64,000 nucleotides of DNA from Eledone cirrhosa (taxonomy: Eukaryota), in assembly GCA_964016885.1 (NCBI GenBank), contig OZ024740.1, positions 293,384,001 through 293,448,000 on the forward strand, in the 5' to 3' direction. The notes under the pieces were generated by a model. That model ran no database searches. It worked only from the letters and a program-made list of their open reading frames with translations, and was not told where the DNA came from. The position numbers and the translations under genes were made by a program. Shown here piece after piece: positions 49,809 to 64,000 of this stretch. Position 1 is the stretch's first letter; each line of letters starts with the position of its first letter.

Positions 49809-51512
49809 TGTTTTATTAAAGTTTGCTGTTTTGTTACCATGTTTCTAAATCGTTTGATCTTCCAACTTCCTAATCATTCATTTATATCCCTGTTAGTGTG
49901 ATCACAGAATTGTTGCTGGTATAAAGTGTTCTCAGTCAGAGTAAACCTATTCTACATGTAATTACTGATCAAACAAAGAGTCTGATTTTTAGCTATTGAT
50001 ATTCCCTCTTTACTGTGGAGTTTATTATCCTACGATCTGTAACTTGAAAACATAGGTTTTCATCAGTCTGCTGCATGAGAACTGGCTGTGAGATTGTGCT
50101 GGTTGAGCAACTGTATTAATCTTCTCATGATAGTTGATGTGATCCCTTTTCAAATAGGAATGGGCAGCCAGCTTATTATGGTAGTTTTGGCAGCTATCAC
50201 ATTGAGCTGGCCAAGTTTAGATAATTGCTGTTGACAATCATCATGATAATACGCAGTAACATCAACAGCATCAAGAACAACAGAATGATGATACTGTATG
50301 ATTTCAACCAACTCCCAGATTGTAAAATCTAAACAATTTGCTGTTGACCTCAACATTTCTAGTCTAGACATATTTTTGTCTCTAGAATCTCATATTTTTT
50401 CATCATTAAAGAAGAAAACGATAACAAGTAATGGTTTCACAAACCTTTACTAGTTACCATCATGGTTCCAACTTTGAGCCCCAAAACTTACACTGTATAT
50501 AGTCCTATAAATAGGCTCCATCACAATCCCCTGTCCCCAATTGTTATATTTTAATTCAGCAGGGGGCTTCATGACATTCCAATTTCATATAAAACTCATG
50601 AAATAGCAAATTAATATTAAACAGGCTATCTTCTACTAACTTTGTTTAAGTCTGTTGAGTCATATCAAGACACATTTAATGCTCTGATCATTCCTTCATA
50701 TATTTTCATTCTGATTATTTTTTTATTGTTGATTAAGTTTTTTTTTGTTGGGGAAAAACAGTGTGAAATTGATGAACTGTGTAACCATTGAGATGCCGTG
50801 GTTTTGTCAATCTTTATTTTTCATATGTGTTTATATTTAATTTAAATATTAGAATACATAACAAGCCTATGGTGGTAGATTTTTATTTATTTATTGAGAC
50901 TAATTCATATATTCACAAAAGGGAGGCTGTTGAGAGTTAAATGATTTTGCCAAGGAGACGGTGCTGTGTTAGTGGTGGTCATATATGAAGTGTCCACTCA
51001 TCAATTGGTGTGACATGTACAAGTAATATATCTAAAGATAATTTTAAGACACTTGCTAGTACAGCTTGCTAAGCATTTATTAGTATGCTGCTTAAAGTAT
51101 CAATGAAACAATTAGCACTGATTTTAAAAATACAGGCTGTTCTAATATACATGGGCTAATACTATGTAATATACAGGTGTAAACACCTTGTCTTTAAATG
51201 CAGTATCTTTATGGATAAGGTGGCGAATTAGCAGAGTCGTTAGAACATCGAATAACGTGCTTTGTGGTTTTCAGTCCAGCTGTCTTCCCTCTGAGCTCAA
51301 ATTCTGCTGAGGTCAACTTTGCTTTTCATCCTTTCGAGGTCGATAAAAAAAGTAACAGTCTAGAGTAAACACACCTTCTTGTATACTTCGTTGAGTGCTC
51401 TATTCTGCATACATCAGTGTCAGTTGATTAACTAATACATATTTTATCATATATATATAAAAATAAGAAGTGTAAGTCAACAGGTTAAAATTAACTTTGT
51501 TTATTCATATCC

Positions 51513-51571
51513 ACTGTTATATATATTTCGGTGATAACCATTATTCAACAGCTATGACCTCATCAGACAGC
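51513..51571 (-). ncRNA. Type I hammerhead ribozyme
   Basis: Minus strand: gctgt-CTGATGA-ggtcatagc...gttatcacc-GAAA-tatatATA-acagt, then AATAAA about 12 nt later. Confidence 0.75.
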
Positions 51572-52962
51572 TAGAACTTGAACAGAAAAAACAAAAACAT
51601 AATGATGGAACAAAGTTTACCTCTGTTATTTTGGTCCTTTGATATTCCCTGTCCTGAAGTATGGTGTTGTTTTCTCAAAGAACTGGTGACATAACCAACC
51701 AACACATACTCATATTTATATATATATATATATATATATGGCTGCAGGCAAGTTGGTGTGGTTTGAAATGTTCACTTTACAACCACATGATTCCAGATTT
51801 GATTGTATTGTATAAAACATTGGACCATATATACTCAAATATAAGCTGATCTGAATAAAAGCCTCCTATTTTATGTGTGAGAAATGGGTAAGAATCCTAA
51901 CCCCTTTTATAAACTGAGGCAGTTAATCAACACGTTTAGATGGCGAGGTTTTGAAATTCTCAAGAGTATGAAATATATTTATTAAGTCTTAATATTTTGA
52001 TGTTTAAAATGTTGCTTAGAATATAGTTTTTGTTTCATAACACCATTACATAATGCTTTTTTACCATTTCATCCATTTCATAAAATACTAAGTTTCTCAA
52101 ATTTTTGTTTATTTCCGGCCACTTACATGCTAGGAATAGTTGAAAGCAAGATATTAAATGAGAGAACTTTGTATAGGGATTCAAGGAGTAGAAGAAGAAC
52201 AGAAAGACAACAAGCAAGAGAGAGGAGAGGCAGAGCAAGAAAAACCGATGGTGAGAGCAATAAAACACAAGTGAGAAGATTTCAATCTTACATAAGATTG
52301 AAATAAAAAGTATTATTAATCTAGAGAAAAGCATGTATATGTGTGCATGCATGTATACATGTGCATGCATGTATATGTATGAGATATTTATATGTATTAA
52401 AAGTTCAAATTATGAAATGACGATGTAGTAAATGTAAAATAATCACTCAGGATGTTTTAGCTCCTTATTTATGTAGAATTTGAAGTTGGTGAAAATATAT
52501 ATTTTGTTGAGGAAACCCCAACTATATCTTGCCTGTAGCATCTGGCCTCCCCTCCTCTAATTCCTGCTCCCTATCTATAAGCAATTCCAGTTGCTAATTT
52601 TTAAGATTTGCTCTCTTTGGGGTCTTAGGATAAGCAACATTATGCCTCCCAGGACAGGTTGCAGGCCCATTGTATGGAGGCAGCAATATATTTTTCAAAC
52701 CCATTTCCCCCATAAAGCCTGAACACATCCCTTGTTACCCCATGTAAAAGATGATTCAGTATGAATGCTTTTATTTTGTCTAACCATATTGCAGTTTCTG
52801 GTTGTCTTATTTACAGCAGTCACCTATTTGGCACTTTTCTCATACCCGCAGTGACTAGACTTTTTTAAAGGCGGCTTTTACTCATCTCGTCATAGCTACA
52901 TCATTAGGTTATGAGAGTTTTCTTGGGAGCTAACCGTGTCACAATATCTCCATGTATATATA

Positions 52963-52999
<37 letters not shown>

Positions 53000-53394
53000 G
53001 GAGGCACATGGCTTAGTGGTTAGAGCATTGGCCTTGCAATCGAAAGGTTGTGAGTTCAATCCTCAGACCGGGTGATGTGTTATGTCCTTGAGCAAGACAC
53101 TTTATTTCACATTGCTCCAGTTTACTCAGCTGTAGAAATGAGATGATAGGGACTGGGATCCCTATCATTCCACTGCAAAGTGGTCGTGGAGGTGCCACGG
53201 CAATAAACCACCCAGCCCACACTGTAAACTGGGCATGTAGGCGCCATGGAAAAAAGCCCCCAGCACTCACTGTAAATGAGGTTGGTGTTAGGAAGGGCAT
53301 CCAGCTGTAGAAATCAAGCCAGAATCAGTTCCCGTCCCACCCTTGCAAGCAGGGAAAAGCGGACGTAAAATGATGATGATGATATGTATGTAGA

Positions 53395-53770
53395 TCCCAG
53401 GTTCAATTGGGTGTAACCACAGTTGGAAAAGGTACTCAGTACATTAGTAGAGTGTAAACATCATTATTCGATATTTGTATACACAATAAGCTTATGTATG
53501 TGGTGTATTGCTCATAATTTTCATGAAATCAACAGGAATGCCCTGATGATTTCATATAAATGAAACAGTTCTGTCATGTAGAAGCCATTTCTACATTGAA
53601 TAATTATATATATGCACACACATATATTCTATTGCAAGACATTTCATATACAAGAAGTGGAATGGTTCATACTGAAATTCAAATTGATTTCCATAGTTAG
53701 TGTGCCAGAAAATTATGAGCAATATACCACATACATAAGCTTATTGTGTATACAAATATGTGTAATTCAG
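53395..53770. mobile_element. Rearranged HHR element (family of 20702-20900)
   Basis: HHR core 53543-53580 with a partial inverted core immediately upstream. Inverted repeat 53472-53520 / 53709-53759. Shared actcta...gagtacc motif. Confidence 0.6.
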
Positions 53771-53830
53771 TGGAACATAAACTCATTAAAAAAATTGCCA
53801 GTCAACCAGAGTATCAGTACCAAATATATA

Positions 53831-54047
53831 TGAGGGGTTGCTGAAAAGTTCCTGGCTTTGTGTAGAAGAAAATACAAAAGGATCAGTTAATTATGATTTT
53901 ATTCAACATATTTCCATCTCAGATTCACATACTTATTGCAACAGTCCTTCAGTTTTTCTAAACCCTGTACAAAGATCTCGGAAAGTTGGGCCTCCAACTA
54001 GGCCTCTATAGCAGCGATCAAACCTGAAACTTTTCAGCACCCCCTCG
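53831..54047. mobile_element. Mariner-type MITE
   Basis: TA|TGAGGGGTTGCTGAAAAGTT...AACTTTTCAGCACCCCCTCG|TA. Confidence 0.85.
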
Positions 54048-57000
54048 TATATATACTTGATATTTATTCCATTCGTGTTGAACAGATACTCACTGGAAAT
54101 AACCAATGGCGTTATTAATCACAAAATCTAGGTCTGTCTCAAGCCAGAAGGCTTGTTAGATTGGTGCATATCCCGGTTTTTTGTCGTGAAGCGACTGAGA
54201 GTGCAAGACTCCCCCTTGGACAGGATAGCAGTCCATCGCAGGGTTAAAATCCCAACTATTGCTGATGCTCATTTTGAGCTGAGTATACTGGAGGAAGACA
54301 ACACACACACAACCCAGTCCAGGAACCGGACCCATGATATCATCATCGTAAGTCCAACACCCTTATCACTAGGCCATGCACCTCCACAAAAAGCATGATA
54401 TAAATTGATAAATAAAAATATTCCAATGGTGCAATTATCATGAAATATAACTGAAGACAACTGAAGTTTTCTTAAGCCAGATTATTAATATAAATGAGAA
54501 AAATAAGGATAACAGTACACATATTACCACCATAATTTATAATTTCACATAAATAAATTTTACAAAATCTTGTTCTTGTAATCAGTTGTTTTCAGACAAT
54601 AAATTTTATATATTATATGAGACTGTAAAAAATATTTATCACCCAGTATTATATTCAAATGTATATCAAAATATAAATAAATAACTATTTTCTTTTTATG
54701 TAGTTTTTATTCTTTTTCTGTTTCTTCTTTGCCCACATATTCCCACTGAGAGGGTCATGTTGGCAGAGTCCTCAAACACTCCTGTCAGAAGCAACCATCT
54801 CCAACTGATTCGGATAGATTCCCAAACAAGACCAGCCAAGCTCATGGATATTATCCAACCATCTTGCTCTGGGTCTCCTGGTGGTTGGTTTTGCCCGTAA
54901 AATCTTTCCTGCAGTTCTTTCCTGAGACACTCTAACCACATGATCATGAATCTTGGTATATACATCATTGCTCAATCTAAGCTGAAGTATGACAAAGCAA
55001 CAACAACCCTATGGCATTGTGTTAGCATATACTCCACTTTATATTTTCCATGCAAATGACATCCCTCATTTTTACCTTCAAGACTTTATTTTGTCACACC
55101 AGCATATGTAGAATTTTTGTAAATGAATATATATTCCCCTATCTCTCCAGTTAGCTGGCAGCTATGTGAAGGATTATGCTTCACTGAAAAGGTCTAATGA
55201 ATTCGAAACATGTCTTGAATTGCCAGTGTCTGCCAAAAATCAAACTATTATTCCTTTTGTTGCATTACCTGATTTTTGTTTTAATAAACTTATCAATTTA
55301 ACCCTGTTGTTACTAGATTTCTAATGAAAGACTATGATTTTCACATAATTATGAAAATAATCAAGAATTTGAAGGGGTTTAGTAATATCACAAAGGGTCT
55401 TACATAAAATCATGATGGAGGGTTTTTAAATATAAACATTTCAAACTATTTTATGTAGTAGAACCAAGGGTGGTTTCAGGTTGTTGATCATCAAAAGGGT
55501 TAAATGTGTTAGCCTTTACTTCACTTTGAGTTTCAACTTTGATACTTAAGAAATTTTCTATGACAATGATGATGATGATGATTGCTCTGGTGATATAGAG
55601 TACAGTTAGTAATATAATATTAATTCTTTTCTGTGAATCTCAATACATGAACCATGTGTGAGAAGTCTGATATCACATAGTAATGAGACATGAGCACTAA
55701 CTAGCCAACAAGTGTTACTCGTCCTGCTAGAAATAACATCTAAGTCCTCCTTGAATCATATCCTACTATTTATAAAAAAAAAACATCTCTTAGATAACAT
55801 AGTACTTGATATAGAAACTTGTGTGATAGGCATTGTTAAAACATCGTTGGCTGTAAGTTTCCTTAATCAGGGATGACCTGGGACGAAAGAACATTATGGA
55901 CCTTGAATGTGGAATTGTGTAAGCCAGAGGGAATTCAGTCAACTATAATCTGCTGTATATGGTATGAGAGGCAGAATACAAGTGAGCTATGAAAGTAACT
56001 AATCCTTAACCCTTTCATGACAGTATTTCAAATGAAATACACTCTGTTTCAATTGATTAATGAAGAATTTTGAAGGATTTATTAAAATTATTAATGGGGA
56101 GATCTGTATCCCATTTACATAGTTGTTATCAAGTGTAGGGGTGAAGTTGCGTCTTTTGACAGAAACTGAAAGATCCTCCTAACCCTCATTTGGCAAGCTT
56201 TCTATGGCTGGGTGCCCTTCTTAACAGCAACCAATTTAAAGCATGTACTGGTGATTTTATTAAGTAGATCACCAGCACTAGGGATGGTGTCATATATATA
56301 CGTGTTTTAATGGTAGCTATGGTGCTTCCATAGGCGGTATGCCAGTTGAGCACTTAATGTTCTTACAGAGCAGAGTGTGAGTAATTATATATATACACAC
56401 ATATATATATATAGAGAGAGAGAGAGAAAGAAAGAGAGTCTGCAGTGCTGAGACCACTAATTATGGGAGTACTCAATACAAACCTTATATACCATTCAGT
56501 GATGGCCGGAGCTGTAACGATTCCCTTTGAATATAACTGTATTTTTGCATCCCAGTGTTTGTTTTGTTTCCTTCATTAACTTATCATCTCATCATCATCA
56601 TCTTCGTTTAACGTCCATCTTACACGCTAGCATGGGTTAGACGGGAGTTGTTCCACTTGAGGCAAGGTTGGTCAGGTGACCGTGTCTTGCTCATATAGGA
56701 CTATCTGGCAGGTTTTCTATGGCTGGATGCCCTTCCTAACACCAACCACATTTACTGCATATATTTACATTTATATATATATATATACATATATGTATAT
56801 GTATGTATGTATGCAGGTATGTATGTGTGTGTAAGTATTTATCAGAAAACTGAAAATTGCAATCAGATACAGCTGAAGGGGAAAGAAAACACAGGAACAT
56901 GATTTCTTTGGTAATTTCACACAGATAACCAGATATGTCAACAAAATGTAAAGCTATTACATAAAATAACCTAAACTAAATCAGGTTTTATCAGGACTCA

Positions 57001-57912
57001 GAGTAGGTGGGGATAACATCCTGCAAAAGTGAATTAAGTTTCCTTATTTTCCATTTAAAATGGGTCAATTTGAGAATGTCGTCTTTGCTAGCACCCATTT
57101 ATTGGCAACCTAAAACAGACTACAGATACACCTATACAATTCTGCTTTATTAGTTTCTATGAGTAATAGATCAGGTACCAACTTGAAAACATCAGCAGCC
57201 TTGTTTTTTGTTGTATATATACACACACACACAAATATATATATATATACAGACATTTTATATACATAATCGATCTCTCAGTCTTTTATAAAGTGCTGGG
57301 AAGATAAAGTAAATATAAAGAATGATGTGCTCATGCATGAAGATGTTATAAAATAGCTTATAAAATATGGAGAAGACTCTGGGCATGCTTTAATTTTATT
57401 CTGACTTCATTAGTGAAGTATAGCCTTCTCCACACTTAGCTAAGTAGTGATAACATTATCACTAAGAAAATGTGACTGCTATGTTTTGCTTTTTTGTTAT
57501 GTATTTAGGGTGTATGTAGTGTATTTTTATTGGTATGATATACAGCTTCCTTTCTGGTAAGGAAGAATCAGGGAAGGATATAAAAAAATGGATACAGCAA
57601 AAGATGAGATGGCAACTGCTGTAGCACTTTTGATCAGTGATGATCGAAAGTTAAACCTTCAGTTTCTGATTTATTATTATCACTAAAGTGTAGTTGATTG
57701 CCAGAATCAGTAGAGTATCAGACAAAACGTGTTGTGGTATTTAGTTATGGCTGTATGCATTCTGAGTAAAAATCCTGCCAGCATTGACTTTGTCTTACAT
57801 CCTTCCAGGGTTGACAAAGTAAGTGTCAGTAAAATACTGGGGTTGATATGATTGATTATTCTCTCCACATAAAATATTTGTACTTGTTCCTTTATAGAAA
57901 TCATTAAGAATT

Positions 57913-58640
57913 CCCACCGAGGTTAACTTTGCCTTTCATCCTTACGGGGTCAATAAAATAAAGTACCAGTAATGCACTGGGTAATTGCTGGCCTTGTGCC
58001 AAAAAGTAGAAACAATTATTATTGAGTAGTGCATTGGCAGTATCGCTAGAGGGTCGGACGCCATGCTTTCCAGCATAGAGTTACGTCCCTTTACAGACTG
58101 AGTTCAAATCCCACCGAGATTAACTTTGTCTTTCAACCTTACGAGGTCGATAAAATAAAGTACCAGTAATGTACTGGGATAATAGCTGGCCTTGTGCCAA
58201 AAATAGAAACAATTATTATTGGGCGGTGGATTGGCAGAATCATTAGAGCATTGGAGAACATATTTTGCAGTATTTAGTTATGGCCCTTAATGTTCTGAGT
58301 TCAAATCCCGCCAAGGTTAACCTTTCCTTTCATCCTTATGGGGTCAATAAAATAAAGTACCAGTAATGCACTGGGGTCGATTTAATCAACTTTCTCCTCC
58401 CCTCAAAAATTGCTGGCCCTGTGTCTATAGTAGAAATCATTATAAATAAGGGCAGTGGATTGGCAGTATCGGTAGAGGGTCGGACGCCATGCTTTCCAGC
58501 ATAGTTACGTCCCTTTACGATCTGAGTTCAAATCCCGCCGAGGTTGACTTTGCCTTTCATCCTTACGGGGTCGATAAAATAAAGTACCAGTAATGCACTG
58601 GGTAATTGCTGGCCTTGTGCCTAAAGTAGAAACAATTATT
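57913..58640 (+). mobile_element. Head-to-tail array of SINE family 1 (4 units, degenerate copies on both sides)
   Basis: Units about 57913-58023, 58024-58220, 58221-58445, 58450-58640, each ending in a tagaaa(c/t)(a/c)attat-like tail. Confidence 0.88.
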
Positions 58641-59569
58641 AATAAATTATTATTAATAGGGTGGTAGGTTACCAGAATCAAGCCTTTTCCATTTTGAGTT
58701 CAAATCTATTCAACTTTGCCTTTGACCTCGCTGGGTTTCAAGGAAATAAAATATCAGTCAAATACATGGACTCATCTAATTAATTGTCCCCATCCCTAAG
58801 TTGTATTCTCTTGCGTTGGTGTTAGAAACCATTATTATCACCTGTTGGAAGGTGTAATTAATTTCAAATCCCACAAAGATGTGACTTTGTCTTTTATACC
58901 ACTACAAACCAATAAAGTAAGTCTGAAGGTATGTAAATCGACTATATCCTTTTTTTTTTTTTTTACTAAGCTTGAAATCTCAATTTTACAGATTTCTTAG
59001 AGCATTCGATATTTGTCCCAGCTATCAGCACTGAGTTCCAATCACACTAAAGTTGACTTTGGCTTTTTATCCTTTCATAGTTGATAAAGAAAGCATCAGC
59101 TCATGTTGGTGCTGCAATCTCTTTTTCCAGCTGTTACATTCTGGATGTTCTGCCAGATCAAGAGAGGAGGAATTGAGAAAGTATCTGTGGTGTCTACTCA
59201 TGACTGCATGGGCACCTAAAACCCTTAGAGAAATCATGATACATACTACCAAGTCATACTTCATTGCAAGCAATGGTCATAGTTTACATAGTTGCTACAT
59301 TCTTTGCGTTCAATTAAATAAGTACCATTCCATAACTCTGGGGTTCTAATTAAACTGACTGCTCTCTTCTCACCAGAAATGTGTGGTCAAGTGCCAAAGC
59401 TAGAAATCATAATTATCACCAGCCTGTAACCATTTAACAACTGAATTGCGGAACAATCAGACATTTTATCCAATTAGGGAAGTTTTAAGAGCTAAAAGTT
59501 GAAATTGGAGATATTTGCTTCATTATTTCTTAATTACATTTGATGTGAATATATCTTTTTTCCTTGCAC

Positions 59570-60180
59570 ACCTCATCCACTCTGCTTCCTCAACCTATAC
59601 TAACCAATTACTCACTGTCACAATGACAAATTAATGTCCCATTCCTTACAACTTTACATAGTATCCTCAGCCATAAATGTCATTAAATATTCATTAGATA
59701 ATTTATTCTCCTCCCTGCATGAGAGAACAATTTATACTCAAACCATTTCACTCTTTTTACCACCTCTATGGCATTTCTATTCTAGATTACCTTTTCAGCA
59801 TTTGTTGTGCTTTAAAGGTTATTATTATTTGGATTCATCCTACATGTGACAGTAGGTGATCAACATAAACCCACAAGTCAGTGATGCTCAGACACTGGAC
59901 AAGTGCATGCATGACAGTTTTGTTGCCCTGTCCGCAACTGAGACAGGCCCAACTGATGGCACTTCCATTGCCTGTAGAGTTTATCTTGAACCAGCAACAT
60001 TCCCTGGCAGTACTGCCAGGCCAAGGATTTCTGCAAGCTATCCATGAGTCCTGGACCGAATGTCCTGCAGAAGAGAATGACTAGTTGATCTTTGTCGATG
60101 CCCAGAGTTTCTTCAAGAATGTTGTTACTTTTACCCATCACTAACCCTCTATAGAACGCCAAAGTGGAGTTTCTACTGCA
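59570..60180 (-). mobile_element. L1/Tx1-clade LINE remnant (zf-RVT region)
   Basis: KSLAWQYCQGMLLVQDKL, then after a frameshift C..CGQGNKTVMHALVQCLSITDLWVY (CCHC knuckle). Confidence 0.7.
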
Positions 60181-60613
60181 TTTGATTGTATTATACTACA
60201 CCACATATAATGTAATATTCAGTGGCCCATCTATTCAATAATAGCTACAGATCTAGTTTAACTTTAACTTCAGGATTAACTTACATACATTTAAATTGTC
60301 TACCTAAGTATAACTATATGTAATCAGTAACCTCTGTCACTTAATTTATAGCACCATTAAGGCAACTAAGAATATGTAATATGTTACTTATCTATCATCT
60401 TATCATTTTCTTCAGTACTGTGAACATTGGGGATGTGCATTAATCCATCAACCAGCAACGTGTGGTCCTCTGAATTATGTGCTGTTCAAAAACAATAGTT
60501 ACATTGTGAGATAGTGATGATGACCCCTGGACATACATATATATATAAACAACATACAGAAAATAGCACTATTAGTTACTGTATATTTATTACAAAGAGT
60601 ACACCTGGACATA

Positions 60614-60647
<34 letters not shown>

Positions 60648-60744
60648 ACATACAGAAAATAGTACTACTAGGTAAGACTGTACACATTATATAGAGTACC
60701 CCAGGACTTAAATATTACATAGTACCCCAGGACTTATATACGTA

Positions 60745-61553
60745 CAGCTCAGCTTGGCTTGACTCAGCTCTGTCCAGTTAGGCTTCGTTTGGCTTAGCTT
60801 ACTTCTGTCCAGCTTGGCTTGGTTTAGCTTAACTTAGCTCTTACCAGCTTCGCTTGGCTTGGCTCATCTCGGAGATCTGGGATCGGATCAGAGATCTGGG
60901 ATTGGATCAGAGATCTGGGATCAGATCCGAGATCTGCCAGTAGAATCCTGGATGCCTGACCTGCCCCTGGGTCCTAGACCCAATCCTGGATCTGATCTGA
61001 TATCAGATTAAATCTAATACTGGACCCCCAAACTGATACTTGATCAGATCCGATATCAGATCTCTGATTCTGGGTTGGATTGTATCTGGTGCTGGATCAT
61101 ATCTGGTACCAGATTGTTGATCTGGTATCAAAATCTGATCCCATATCAAAATCTTATCCGGTATGAAATCTGATCTGGTATAATACCAGATCCAGTATTG
61201 GATCTGATCCAGTATTGGATATGATCCGATACCAGATTGGTGATTCAGGTTTGGGTTGGATTGGGTATTGTATCAGATCCAGTATTGGATCTGATCTGAC
61301 ATCAAATCCGATCTGACATCAAGTCTGATCCAGAAACAAATCTGAATCAGCATTGGATCTGATCCAGAACCGGATTCTTGACCTGCTATCAGATCTAATC
61401 CAGCATCGGTTCTGATCAGGTATTGGTCTGATCCGGGATTGGACGGGACTGGGGGGGTGGGGGTCAGGAATCCAGGATAGGATTAGATCAGATAGGATCA
61501 AATCGGATGAACATTGCTCAGTCTAGCTCAGCTTGGCTTGGCTCAGCTTAGCT
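60745..61553. repeat. Pentamer-periodic AGCT/GATC low-complexity block
   Basis: (agctc/ggctt)n at 60745-60870 and 61516-61553 flank (gatct/gatcc/ggatc)n at 60870-61505. Confidence 0.8.
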
Positions 61554-62491
61554 ATCACTACACTACCAATATTGTCCAAAGGAAAAGCAAAAGCTGATCA
61601 AATTTGGCACCTTTGTAGCAACCCTTTATGTTTTCCAGTTGAGTGGATTATGAGCATCGTGAAAGTAAAGTGTCTTGCTCAAGGATACAACACATTGCTT
61701 GTTCCAGGAATCGAACTCACAACCTCAGTCATGAGCCTACTACCCTTACAACTGAGACTTAAGGGAATTGTCATCACCATTTCTCAGCAATGTGAACCCT
61801 GGTTAACATCCTACACACACACACACACACCTGCTCCCAATATACACACACACCTGCTATGTACTACATGCATATTTCATAGAGTACCCTACGACTTACA
61901 TATATATATACATCATACAGAAAATAACACTGCTAGGTACTGTATATTTATTATATAGAGTACCCAAGGTTTTAAATGTATATATAGATATATACACGAC
62001 TCCTTAATTGTAGAGCTAACTCAGTTGAAAGGACTCAGCTGCTATTTATAGCTGTCGATCACCCTATTCATGCCACTGAGATGACGCTAGCATGTTGTTA
62101 GTAGTTTTAGAATTGCAACACGTGCGATGGGTCACTCACAGATTTGCATTTGATGTGTAAACACAGATAGTTAAATCTTCTCCCTTGAATGAAATATATA
62201 CAAGGAAGATTAATTCTTTTTTAAAAGGTAATATTTGAAGCTCTAGTTAAACTTTAATTAGTTACCTACCTAGCTATGTGTGATTACACACTTTACAAAT
62301 TATCCCCTGTGATTGTTTCATGTGTTTATTTTAAATATATATATATGTCAATCAATTTCTAGTTGATATAAAATGCTCGGATCTATTCATTGGAATCTTT
62401 GAGATATGGCGCAACTTTGGATATACCGCATGTCTCAGACATGACTCCCTTAATTTAATTTAATTTAATTAATTCTGGATATATATATATA

Positions 62492-63502
62492 TCATCATCA
62501 TCATCATCATCATCAACGTTTAACGTCCGTGTTCCACGCTTGCATGGGTTTGGATGGGGGTTTTCCCACTTGAGGCAAGAGTGATTATCTTACTCGCATA
62601 GGACTATCTGGCGGGTTTTCTACAGCTGGATGCCCTTCCTAACACCAACCACATTTACAGTGTGGGGCTGGGAGGTTTTTACCGTGTTACCTACACGGCC
62701 ACATTACAGCGTGGACTGCGTGTTTTTTTGTCGTGACACCTACACGATCTCATTTGTTTCGGCCTGGATGTTGTGGCACCAACATAACTTTACATTGAAA
62801 GGGGCGGTGTGGATGGGGTGGGGGTGGTGGGACGGGGGTGTATTTTGTTAGAGATGCCTACTGACTGTACTAGGTTTTACTTTGTATTTAGGTAAGGCGG
62901 GTCTTCTCTATTACTGAGTACCGCCAAAGGTCTCGGTCCAGTGACATTGTCTTGGAGAGGTGTAAGTGTGTGAGGTCGGAATTTATCAGCTCGTCCCAGG
63001 TTTTTCTGGGTCTGCCTATTCCGTGGCTACCGTCTATCTTTATTGCCCTGCACTTTGTTATACAGCTATCGTCTTTCATGCGCATCACGTGACCATACCA
63101 ACGTAGCCTTCTCTCGAGTAAACAACATCTGATCCCTCTTATTTCTAATTTTTTCCTTAGTTCGTTTATGCTTTGCCGTTCACGTATATTACTATTACAC
63201 ATCCAGCGGAGCATGCAAGCTTCGTTCCTCTCTAGTCTGCGTATATCCTCTGCACACAATGCCCAGGTCTCACTGCCATGCAACATTGCTGTTCGTATGC
63301 AGGCATCATACAACATGCCTTTCATTTTTAGGGAGAACCCTTTAGCGGCTAATAGTGGTATAAGCTCTCTGAACTTTTTCCATCCAGTTCTGACTCTAGC
63401 TACTGTACTTTCAGAGCACCCTCCCCACTGCTGATTTTGTCACCCAGGTAACGGAAGCTGTCCACTATTTCTATAGAACCCTCTGCGCAGTTGAAAGAGC
63501 TA
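62492..63502 (-). mobile_element. RTE LINE family A, 5'-truncated
   Basis: ORF 62888-63325 is near-identical to the other copies; both ends lie in (TA)n. Confidence 0.92.
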
Positions 63503-63614
63503 ATATATATATATATATATATATATATCCAGAATTAATTAAATTAAATTAAATATATATATATATATATATATATACATACAACAAATGAAATTTAATT
63601 TAATTCTTCTTCTT

Positions 63615-64000
63615 GTGTACACACCACATATATATAAGAACACCCAGCCCACACTGTAAAATTGTTGTGTAGGTGTCACAACTAGAAACACCCAGTCACA
63701 CTGTAAAGTGGTCGTGTAGGAGTCACGACTAAAAGCACCCATCACATACTGCAAATGTGGTTGGTGTTAGGAAGGGCATCCAGCCGTAGAAATCTAGCCA
63801 GAAACAGTCCTATATGAGCAAGACATGGTCATCTGACCCAACTTGCCTCTAATGGGACAACCTGTATAATCCATGATACCATGGAAAATGAACGTTAAAT
63901 GATGATGGTGATGATGATGATGATGATGATATCATCATCATCATCATCATCACCGTTTTACATCCGTTCTTCCACGCTAGCATGGGTTAGACGGGTTGTC
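63615..64000. mobile_element. RTE-type 3' tail (+) abutting another RTE/SINE tail (-)
   Basis: gttaggaagggcatccagcc...(gat)n followed directly by (atc)n...gctagcatgggttagacggg. Confidence 0.7.

Noticed and set aside
50150-50371. 73-aa minus-strand ORF
   Set aside because: No recognisable motif or splice support.
55178-55222. Possible HHR (CTGAAAA...GAAAC ATGTC)
   Set aside because: C3-A8 mismatch with poor stems I and II; too degenerate to call.
60870-61505. Bacterial-type GATC (Dam/oriC) cluster
   Set aside because: The context is eukaryotic, with no origin architecture; pentamer periodicity indicates a simple-repeat origin.

Overview
AT-rich, microsatellite-dense eukaryotic DNA. The (TA)n/(CA)n load, SINE families and RTE LINEs suggest a coleoid cephalopod such as Octopus (inference). 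One host gene is clear: a 3-coding-exon TLC-domain gene (TLCD5/TMEM136-like, + strand, 46025-48685, about 251 aa). The rest is mostly transposons: at least five Penelope-like element (PLE) families with GIY-YIG/RT remnants, young RTE LINEs with a partner SINE, a second tRNA-derived SINE (including a tandem array), Helentron-like elements, mariner-type MITEs, and CR1 and L1/Tx1 remnants. The most striking signal is absent from the ORF track. About 20 type I hammerhead ribozyme (HHR) motifs from roughly a dozen sequence families were found by eye on both strands. They sit in PLE terminal repeats and in tiny non-coding elements inserted in (TA)n. Many of these insertions are fold-back (inverted-repeat) structures, and in several the inversion point lies at or inside the ribozyme. 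Two units have retrozyme-like direct terminal repeats, and one HHR-bearing PLE fragment appears captured and amplified by a Helentron. All HHR calls are manual base-pairing, not model searches or activity data.
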